DNA of 63,352 nt, filler included, from Intoshia linei (Eukaryota; Animalia; Orthonectida), in the NCBI GenBank assembly GCA_001642005.1. It is 6 parts of 6 records of this genome, joined end to end, with 100 filler letters (N's around TTAATTAATTAA, not from the genome) between each part and the next. Parts side by side here need not be neighbours in the genome. Positions count along the whole stretch, not along the records: positions 28,349 to 47,190 come from LWCA01000760.1; positions 47,291 to 54,573 come from LWCA01001576.1; 4 more parts are not named here. One strand, 5' to 3'. The translations under genes and the position numbers were made by a program. Shown here piece by piece: positions 39,801 to 50,234 of the stretch (positions are counted from its first letter, which is position 1; every line of letters begins with the position of its first letter). A model generated the notes under the pieces. That model worked only from the letters and a program-made list of their open reading frames with translations. It did not search any database and was not told the origin of the DNA.

Positions 39801-40060
39801 TATATATTCAATTTGCTTCTCTTTATAAAATTAAAATTTAGAATATATATCGTACGCTGCATTACTGTCTCGCTGGTGGTGGTTTTTTGGTACTTTTAGT
39901 AGTATTTGTAATATCAATCGTCTTAAATCAAAAAAGAAGTAAATTTGATAAAAGACATCAAGACTTTTATCCAATAGATATAGGTAACGAAATTGACAGT
40001 GTGTCGCAGTCTATCGATAGTACCGGCAGCACTCAAGAATCATGTGTTGACAATATATAA
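36834..40060 (+). CDS. Orphan type I membrane glycoprotein, 221 aa (exons 36834-36917, 36958-37074, 38746-38991, 39842-40060)
   Basis: Signal peptide MKILNLVQVLIILIFVAYTQS; K/N/E-rich ectodomain with NxS/T sites; TM YCLAGGGFLVLLVVFVISIVL; tail ...ESCVDNI*. All introns are GT-AG, phase 0, with no stops. Confidence 0.8.
39045..39211 (-). mobile_element. Repeat family A fragment (terminal part)
   Basis: Very similar to 43630-43795. Confidence 0.8.
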
Positions 40061-40400
40061 ATATAAGAATATATACATGATCCATACAATATGTTTATGA
40101 ATAAATTTTCAATTAATGTTTTTAATGAAATCTTAAATTAAAGTTTGCTATATTGTTAATATTTTTTGCTTTGAGTTTGAATTGTATGTTGAAGTAACTA
40201 AATTCTTGATTAGTGGTCAATGACAGGTGGTCATACATTAAAATCCTTCACCTCCATTCTGTTTTTGATAAGTTATATACCCAAATTTGGTATTTTAAAT
40301 TCAAATATATTCAAAATGATACTAAGCAAGTTAAATTTATTTTAAATTTATATAAATATACAATTTTAATTTCAATATTCAATTATTTAATTCAATAAAA

Positions 40401-40645
40401 TCCTTACATTAATGTTTATTTATTCGTCTGTTCCAGTTTATTTAAGAAAGTAAGAGGAACGATATTTAAAAATCCCATATTTCTATTACAGTTTTTTGAG
40501 TTATGTTTTATCGCAAATTTTACTTTCAGAAATTGAGTCCTTAAAAATCAAAAACCTCAATGGTTCTTTGTTTTTAAATTCAAAACCGTCCTAGAATAAT
40601 AAAAAAATACACAATCTGATAAAGATTTTAAATTTATCAACATTA
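40401..40645 (+). mobile_element. Repeat family A, second subfamily fragment
   Basis: Matches 20380-20615. Confidence 0.7.
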
Positions 40646-40765
40646 AAGTCCGAGACTGTGAACATGGTGAAGTAAGATTATCCAAGGCTTAAAAGGTATC
40701 ACGAGATTAAGATGTTTAAAATATCATTGTCAGAGTTTTACACCGTAGTTTGATGATTTGTTTAG

Positions 40766-43700
40766 GTTATTAATACCGAGGAAAGTTTAAACCAAGTGAA
40801 GATAAACAATACCACAATTAAAGATAAGATAAGCAATGGCAATGTAATTTTACATTTAATAAAGCGACCACAAATACGTTTGTATTTCTGGTAGCTCGAA
40901 TTTGTATAATAAATATTAAAAATTTAACGTTTACATTTTGTTTCATAATAATATATTAATGTTTGGTGGTCCAAACACATGACGAGTGAGCGCCAAAAAA
41001 TAAATTTTACAAATTTCGCGAAACGCAACATTAGAAATTATAATCCAAAGGCAAGTATAACTTATACATATCTTAACTTAACATATATTATTGGACTTAT
41101 ACTATAAGTCATATATATAAAAATAAAACGTTTACAGATTAATCAAAAAATTACTACGAAAATCGTGAATCACGATTCGTGATATTAATACTACGCCAAT
41201 TAAAAATATAATTAGTATTTTATAAAGTTATAATAGTAAAAAAAGTCCCAAAAGTTAGAATTATTATTGTAAAGTACAAAAAGTAAGAAATTGAGAACAA
41301 TTTGTCAGAAAGACTATTTAAAAAATTTAAATTAATGCTAGTTATTATGGTAATTATAATATTTGTGTAAATCAGTGCTTCTCATTGGGGTGACTGTGCA
41401 CCCCAAGAAGTGAATAGTTTTATGAGGGGGTGAATACTAAAATTTTAGATGATTGTGGGTGAATAGCCTATTGTATATTGTATAGTAGGGGTGTGATTTT
41501 TTATACTTTTTTTCAAAATTTCATGGTCCAAATACTGATAAAGTTACGTGTGATAGTTTTAATATAATCGTGAAAAGAAGAAAAATTTTTGAAAATTTTT
41601 AGTGGAAGAGCTCGCCATTTTAAAAATTTCATACAAAAATGTTCTACAAAAACTAAAATATAACTTTATTTACGGGAATGTTACGATGGGATCCTGTAGT
41701 TATGTTTTAGTTTTTGTAAATTAATTAATAAACTAGGCTAATTTATAAAATTTTGGAACACCCCTATCGTATAGCCTATAGTCAATGATAAATTTTTAAC
41801 ATATTTTATTCCATTTAGTCAAATATGTGATTAAATCAAAATTTTACCAACCCTTAAGAAAAAAAATCTCTCTATCAGATCCCAAAAAAAACCCAATTTT
41901 ATCAACCCTTAAGGAAATAATCACCTTTTACCAATATTTTTTTAAAAAATCCAATTTTATGAAAATTTTATATAGAAATCTCTTTTTCTGATTCCAAAAG
42001 AAAAAACCAAATGTAGATGTTTCGTGTACAAAATTGACTTAACCTTTTCATACATTTAGTTTAACCAAATTTCAAAATAAAATTTTTTTTTAAAGTTGCT
42101 CATCTAATTGATATTCTTATCAATAAATGAATTATGGCAATCACAATTACTATATTTTTTTATTTCTGAATGATAGTGGTATCTACAACGTAGATTTAAA
42201 CATGATTACTCTCATGAAAATATTGAAAATACCATGCATTATTTATGATTCCTGAAACAAACAACAAAAATTTAAAATGATGTCATCACGTGAAGACATC
42301 ATGTGTAATCAAATTTAATTAATTCAGTACATTTTATAAGTCCAAATTGTGTCTTCCTACACAATTATGACATGTCATAATAATTGTTTTATTGGGGGTG
42401 AATATAACAAAAATATGTGTCACAGGGGGTGAATGCTCAAAAAAGTTTGAGAAACACTGGTGTAAATCATTGTTTTTCAAAATATATTACTGAACAATTT
42501 CGAGGGCAGCACAATTTGATGTGGCGGGCCACGGTTTGGACCACCCATTTGCATATTTCTTTAGGTTACTAAAATCGAGAAAAGTTTAAACAAATTGAAG
42601 GTAGTCAATACTGATAAAACTGATGAGAACAAAAATAAATCAATAACAGGTAATATATTGGATATGGTTCAAAAAGTCGTTATAAATAACAGCGAAATTG
42701 TAAACAAAGTTGAAGGAAAAATAATAGAAACATTTTCAGACATGAAAGAAAAAATTAACACAATTAAAGATAATATAAACAATAGCAATGTAATTTTACA
42801 TATACACTAAGTTGACTGTTATGTACTACGTACAAACAGCAACTAGCTCTGCCGAGGCACATTTTTATTCTACCAAAAAATAAATTCACGTTGAAAATCT
42901 AACTTAAAAATCCTATTATTCACTATTATCCATAAACAAGTGGTTCCCAAACTTGTTTCAGGTGGAACCATCATATGACATTACTATTGAAAATCTAACT
43001 TAAAAATCCTACTATTCACTATTATCAATTCTTTAAAGGAAAAAATAAATTCACGTTGAAAATCTAATTTAAAAATCCTACTATTCACTATTATCAATCC
43101 TTTAAAGGAGTGGTTCCCAAATTTGTTTCAGGTGGAACCATCATATCACATTACTTTTTACTTTAAAGTGAATTATTCCACTTAATTTTTTTGTTTAACA
43201 TTTGCTTATGATTTTCAAATCGTTAATTATTTCACATTTTTTGTTTTAATAAAATATTTCGGAAAAAAATATATGACCTTTAATTATTTCACATTTTTTG
43301 TTTTAATAAAATATTTCGGAAAAAAAATATATGAAAATTAAATGCTTTTTTTGACCGTGAAGTCGTCCACTTATTCAGATTTAAACTTTTTGTGTGTGTT
43401 AACAAGATACAACTGTACCACCTGTAAACTTAAATGTCAACCTATTTTAAATTCTAGGCTGTTTCCATAAAAAAAATGGGTAATTTGTGGTTTTGGCTCT
43501 GAAGATATTATTTTTTTAAATTTAAATTTATGATAATGTTTATGATTTTAAAATCCGTATTAGAGTATATATTTTTTTAAATTCTCGAACTTGTTTGATT
43601 TTCAAAAAAAAAGGACGATTGGGCTTTTTGACCCGTAAGATGTGAGTTTGGGAGGCTGAAATTTATTTGGCTAACACCTTGAAAAAAACTGTAATTGAAA

Positions 43701-44528
43701 TGTGGACTTTATAAATTTCTAAGACTGGTAGTTATTGAAATAAACGGTAACACACACACAAATAAATATTGCGTAGCATATTATATAAGTAAAGATTTGT
43801 AATATTAAATTTTTTGTGATTTTTTTTAAAATGGATTTACATATTAAACTTTTATAGATAAATATTATTTATCATTTTATACGAAAAATTATTTTTCAGT
43901 CATCAGAATGAACCTTAATTTATACTAGTTATTTTATTGAAAAATATAATTTTTTCAATTTTTTTAAGGTGCGTGTCGTACACTATGATGCTACGTAACT
44001 GTTATTAAATGATCACTATTGAATAGTCAATAAATTTCTAGTACAATTTTATTTCCGGTCGCTCGAAATTGTAGAATAAGCATTAAAATTTTAATTTTAC
44101 ACTTTGTTTGACATTGATGCATTAATTCATGGTGGTACAAAGTTTGTACTATAAACATATGGTGAGTGAGGGTCAAAAATAAGTAAGGATTTACAATTTT
44201 ATGTTGAACAACCATGAAATTGACGAAAATGTATAAATTCTAAAAAATGGTACACTTAATCTGTATTTTCAATTTACTTAAAATTACAATTAAAATGTAT
44301 TATTAAATTAAAATTTAGAATAAATATATTCTGCTGCACTACTGTCTGGCTGGAGGTGGTTTTTTGATACTTTTAGTATTATTTGTAATATCAATCGTCT
44401 TGAATCACATAAAAAGCAAATTTGAAAAAAGACAGCAAGACTTTTATCCAATAAATGTAGATAACCAAATTGATAGTGCATCACAACTTTTCGATGACAC
44501 TGAAGAATCATGTGTTGACAATATATAA
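40766..44528 (+). CDS. Duplicated 3' cassette of the orphan membrane protein (exons 40766-40843, 42565-42789, 44319-44528); no leader exon of its own found
   Basis: Exons VINTEESLNQVK..., VTKIEKSLNKLK...NNSEIVNKVEGKI... and NKYILLHYCLAGGGFLILLVLFVISIVL...EESCVDNI* are paralogous to 38746-38991 and 39842-40060. All are open and phase 0 with intact TTTAG / GTAATTTTACA splice sites. Confidence 0.75.
41373..42459. mobile_element. Complete hAT (Buster-type) non-autonomous element with 8-bp TSD GTGTAAAT
   Basis: TIRs CAGTGCTTCTCA / TGAGAAACACTG; subterminal GGGGTGA motifs; GTGTAAAT at 41365-41372 and 42460-42467. Confidence 0.92.
42819..43190 (+). mobile_element. Repeat family B copy with internal duplications
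   Basis: Matches 10756-10990; TTGAAAATCTAA.TTAAAAATCCTA.TATTCACTATTATC occurs three times. Confidence 0.75.
43220..43795 (-). mobile_element. Repeat family A copy
   Basis: Reverse complement of 9368-9860 and 4755-5200. Confidence 0.8.
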
Positions 44529-44659
44529 ATATAGAGAATATACAGTGTATATTATACCATGATCCATAATTATGTTTATGAATACATTTTCAATTAATGG
44601 TTTTAATGAATTTTTAAATTAAAGTTTGCTACATTGTATACTATGTACTATAACTTTAA

Positions 44660-45065
44660 AGCGTTTCTCCTCTTAAATTTATCTAGCCACCCTTGCGAAC
44701 ATTTTAAGTCTGTTGTTATATTCTTGTACCAACATTTTCGCTTTTTCTACTAATATCAAATCAGTTAATATCATTCCTTTTATTTCTAATTTTTCAATAT
44801 AAATCAATAATTTGCGTTCTACTTCTTCATATTTTAATGTATATTCTCTTTTTAAATTCCCATTTCCTTTAAATATCCTATGTACAATTCTATCCTTGCT
44901 TTTTAAATAATCAGTTATTGATCTCTTTTTTATGTTTTTTTTTTAAATGGTCGAGAAAATAGGTGACAATTGATCATGGGGACATAATATATTTTCTTGT
45001 GAATATTTTATTATTCTATATTTTTCTTTGTTAGTAAATCGAGTGTATTTCATTCTTTTATCATT
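44660..45065 (-). pseudogene. pogo/Tigger transposase N-terminal HTH relic
   Basis: KRMKYTRFTNKEKYRIIKY...HDQLS..F resembles the CENP-B/psq HTH; frameshifted. Confidence 0.45.
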
Positions 45066-46807
45066 ATTCATAATGAACGTTGCAAATTTATTTAAAATAG
45101 AAATAATAGAAAATGTATGTTTCCGGTATAAGCAATGAAAAAAACTTGTTTTTAAATTAACCATTAATAAAAAAAATTACAATTACAATTTTAATTGATA
45201 TTGCCGATTATCAAAGTAGGTTATTTTGGTTAAATTAGTTATTTAATCACATAATTAATCACTTGTTAATTAGTTACAGTTATATGTGTAGTATTTTAAA
45301 CAGTTTAATTTAACAGAAGCTACAACATGGTAAATTATATATTCTTTTAGAGTTATTAATTACTTGGTTGTAAGATTCTGGATTGATCGATATTAACTTT
45401 GTAAATATAGATACAGTATGAATATACGACTATATGAAACGGGTTTAAAATAAAACATTTAATTTATTACATATAAAATTTGATATTTATATATTTTTCA
45501 TCAGAAATTTTGGGCGAATAATTGAATTTTACTATGGAAGTACTATATAAATTAAAATTAACCGGGCGAATAACAGAGGTTATACTGTATTTCATTTTTC
45601 AAAAGCTCATAAATAAAGTAGGATTTTTTTGGCCGGGTAGCACAATGTGCTAAGCACATATATGTACTAAGTACATTGTACTTATACGTAACATTAGAAT
45701 TTAAATTAGTATAAGTGATATTATTTTTCATGTACTGACCAATGGTCAGTGACCATGTCAATTTGATAACGTCAAAGATTTATATTCGTCACATTCCGAT
45801 TTTTATTTTCGAATATAAGTACAATAAATACAATTGTAATGTTATTTCATACGTGTTAAATTAATTTTTTAACATATATTATATCGACAAGTTTATATAA
45901 ATATTGTTGAATGTAATAAAGTATTTCATATTTACTTTACGTAAATTTATTTGAAAAAAGAAAATGAAAATTTTTGGTAAAATTTAATAATCATAATAGT
46001 TTTTAAGCTAGTATCTAATTCGATAATATCTAATAATTCCCTGACTCTCTTTTTTCTTTTTTTTTCGTGTCCAGTGTTCATATCAAATATATTACATAAT
46101 AAAATATATACAATGTATATTATACATAAATAATTTAAAAGTAATGTATTTTAAATACTTTAACGATTTAAAAAATGTAACTGTTATAATTAACCAATAT
46201 TAATAAAGTTTCATCAAGGTAGCTTTATTTTTTATTAACACATTTTATTATAATTATTTTTAATATGATTTAACATGATCCCAGAATATGTTAATTATAT
46301 AGGATATTTAATTCCTTCGCGTTAAATAGTTTCAGAAAACCAAGTTTTTATTGAAATTTATTTTTAGATATATTTTTAATACTATTCGTAAGTTTCATTA
46401 CGGTAAAAGGAAAAGACAATGGTAATTTTATATTTACATTGGGTTTCGCATTCTTTAATCAACTCTGATGAGACTTTATCCGCCAGAGAGTGCCATTTCA
46501 ATACAAGACTGAACTATTCATTCTTATCTTAAATTCACTAACTGAACCATAAAAAAGTCATCAATTTACCCCAAGGTTTATTAGTGTTATGTAGGTATGT
46601 ATCTACTGCACCGAGCAAAAAGGTTGACAATATTTAAAGCATTTTGGAAATTATTTTGTGGCATTCCTCGAAGTACTTTGAAAATGTAGCTATTTTGTGT
46701 AAATATTAATAATAAGAAACTTATTTACAATATGTTAAAACCAATATAAAATTCCTATCTGCCCGAGAAAGTCTCTATGATATATGAATATATGCGTGAG
46801 AAAAATA

Positions 46808-47190
46808 TTAGGTCGTTTCATAAGTAATGTCGTTTTTATTGTAACTTTATTATAAATCATATCTTTACGAATATTTATTGTAAGTGCGTTATTTTTTTAT
46901 TTTTACGAAATATAGAAAAATGTGTATTCGATGAAAGAGTAATTTCCGATGACAAACATATTTTTAATACGTATTTAGAGAAACAAGTTGGATGATTATG
47001 ATAGTTTACTTTATGAGTTATAATTGGATGATTATGATGGTCATATCAGACATATTTTACTTTATGAGTTTCATATGGAGCATACCGTATCGGAGGAAAC
47101 TAATGAAAATGTATGTAATGTTTATGGCAAAGATGTTATCAACATACGAAAAACTCAAAGATGGTTCTTAAAGTTCAGACAAAACAATTA
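46808..47190 (+). mobile_element. mariner element, 5' part (TIR plus transposase HTH), cut by the spacer
   Basis: TA|TTAGGTCGTTTCATAAGTAATGTCGTTTT resembles a mariner TIR; HIRHILLYEF...VCNVYGKDVINIRKTQRWFLKFR is the Mos1-type HTH. Confidence 0.88.
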
Positions 47191-47290
47191 NNNNNNNNNN
47201 NNNNNNNNNNNNNNNNNNNNNNNNNNNNNNNNNNTTAATTAATTAANNNNNNNNNNNNNNNNNNNNNNNNNNNNNNNNNNNNNNNNNNNN
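47191..47290. other. Artificial contig spacer
   Basis: N44-TTAATTAATTAA-N44. Confidence 0.97.
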
Positions 47291-48564
47291 CATAAAATAC
47301 ATAGTTGGCGTTTCTAATTGTGTTTAAGATGGCTTTGAAAACCCCCTATTTTTGACATTTTTGCAACTTTACCGTCAATTAAAAAAAAATCTGGACGTTA
47401 TTGAAAAATAATATTGTTATAGCGTTGACCAGTTCATTGAGACAAAAAAGATGATGTATTCATCATCCTTGCACCTTTATGGTGTTGGGTAGTGTTATCA
47501 TACAAGTAGATGTATTATATTATCAATTAATTTAAAAAAAAAGTAAGTTTATCAATACCCTCGGATTTGGCCCACTTTTCAAAATTGATTACGCAAAAGT
47601 GAGGTTATGATATTTTATAAATTTGATTTGGCTTTATAGTTATTTTAGATCCATTTTAATTATAAAAAAATATCAAAACATCACTGCATAATTTCATTTT
47701 TTCTGGTATTCATGTTATTTATGACAATTTTGAGGATTTTACTGCTTTTAATTTGTTTTTAAGAGATACACTCATTCAATCAATAAATTAAAAAAATCGG
47801 ATGACAAAATAGTTTTTAAAATTCGATAAAAAAATGTTAACAAAATAATATGAAATGTGAATAGTCGACTTTAATTTTAAATTTTTGAACATTGGCTGGA
47901 TAAAGGTTAATGAACATAGCAATACATATATTATGTTATAAATATATAGATTGAAATTTTAAACTCAACAAATACGCTCAAAACATTTTTTTTTCGATTA
48001 AACTCCTCTGAATAGCCTGTAAACCGCCGTCTTCGTTTTAAAGTTTTATTTATTTTATTACAATTAAAATATATATAGTACTGTAAATTAGTATACTTCG
48101 TCACAGAATGTATTTTCAAATGAAATTAATATACGTTATTAGTAAAACTTACAATCAAAAGCTAAATAATGACAATTAAATTATACATTTTAACTATAAA
48201 ATATAAATGTATCTCATAATAATTAATAAATGTAATAATAACCTTCAATGTTTGCAGTGTAGGTGCAAAATATGATAAAAACAAATGCAGAAAATATTAG
48301 TGACGATTTCATGTTGTTTAAAATTATAATGATATGGATAAAGTGTTAATACAAAATATTGTATATATTAAATTAAACTAATGTTTATAATAAAACAAAT
48401 ACAGTCAAATGTCAATTTAACCAACAGCACCTTATATGAAAATGACTTTTACGTTAATTTCATGTTATAACAAACAAATTATTACATTATTTATTTGTTT
48501 TGGTTTTTAATACTGAGTTAACTTTATTAACACTGTGTAAATAATAAACAATATAGCATATAAA

Positions 48565-49074
48565 TACAATCAAACCTCAATTTAATGAAAACACAATAAA
48601 CTTATCTTTTAACGAACAAACAGCAATTATTTTTTAACGAACAAACTTTTTCAAAAATTAAAAAAAAATATTTATTTTTATTATTATTTATTTATTATTA
48701 TTGAGGACAAGGACAAGACACGCATGTTTGTTAATTTTGCAACCGCTGAAATCAAAAAACTAGTATTTGAGTGGTTTGTTCGAAAGAGATCGAAAAATTT
48801 TATTATTTCAGGAAATACAATTTAAATAATGGCTCTTAAAATTGGGAAACGGCTAAAAAACCCAATTTCAGCGCTTCAAATGGTTGGTTTTCTTGTTTTT
48901 AAAAACTTAAAAAACTATATTATTATATTAACTATATTAAAAAAAAAAACCCAAAACAATATGTCATTTTTATAAAAAATCAATTAATTAAAAATTGTTA
49001 GTTCGTTAACTTTTTTTAACGAACAAGAAATTTTAATGTAAGTTGCTGTTCGTTAAATTGAGGTTCTTACTGTA
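48565..49074. mobile_element. Tigger/pogo-type MITE
   Basis: TA-CAATCAAACCTCAATTTAA / TTAAATTGAGGTTCTTACTG-TA ends; internal TTAACGAACA motifs. Confidence 0.65.
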
Positions 49075-49187
49075 AATAGTTTATTACTCATAAAAAAATG
49101 CCTAATAAATAAACTGTATAAATGTATCTATAGAATCTGAATAATAATCTAACTTTACCAAAAACACCACTTTAGGAAACTTAAATA

Positions 49188-50221
49188 ATGTACACAAAAA
49201 TGTATAAAGGTTTACACTCTATGAAAAATATACATTGTGAATTATTATTTATTCGACATTACCGATTTAAGAAAAAAATTCTTGTAGAGTTTGAAATTTT
49301 TGTCAAACTAAAAAATTTTTTAGTTACACCGCTATTCAAATGTACAATTTGGTTAAAGATATAGAAGATTATGAAAATTATTTGCCTTGGTGCAACAAAT
49401 CTAAACTTGTCGAAAAAAATGATACATTTTCACTGTATCAAGTTAATGTGGGATTTCCACCATTATATGATGAGTACATTTCAAAAGTTATTTTTGATCC
49501 GTTCAAATCAATACACGTAATTTATTCATTTCGTTTCTCAAATACCGGTTCACGGACCCGTACTGGTCAGTGAATATTTTTTACTAATTAAAAGTCAATT
49601 TATTACCGTTCCGTCGTGTAAAATAGTGTGGGAAGTTCCCACTGGTAACCTTTACATTAAAGCGTGATGGGGTCGATTTGGATTATACACTCATTTAAAA
49701 TATATAAAAAATATTGATTTTAAAGTCCTTTCCATTAATCATGTATTTTATCAACATTTTGTTGGAGAATAAGACTCAAATATTACCTATATTACCAAAA
49801 GTCTCTATTTTTTTATGAAAAATCTTTCTGATTATAAATCGTAGCGCCCGATTGTGTAGACTAGTTCAACTATAACATTCTAAACGTTTGAATAAAATGT
49901 CAACTTTTATGTAATTTTTGGTAACATACATATATATTATTGCATTGTATATGGTTTTTATCCATAATTGAATATTTAGTCTACCTACCTTGTGGGATCA
50001 CGATATCTTAATAAAAACGAATGTAATTGGATTTTTACTCAAAAAGGAAATAAATGCGAAACATCAGTTAATGTATTGAAAAAAATATTTAAATTACATC
50101 TCTTTAGATAGAATACCAATTTTCACACAAATTATCGACAATTTTTAGCATACCATTAGCTCAATTTGTATCTCAAAACATAATGAAGAGTTTCATAGAC
50201 AGAGCAAAAAAAATTTATTAA
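49188..50221 (+). CDS. COQ10: Coenzyme Q-binding protein COQ10 (START domain), 4 exons
   Basis: YTAIQMYNLVKDIEDYENYLPWCNKS...VGFPPLYDEYISKV; later exons ...CNWIF... and IEYQFSHKL...MKSFIDRAKKIY*. Confidence 0.9.
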
Positions 50222-50234
50222 AATGTTTAATTTT

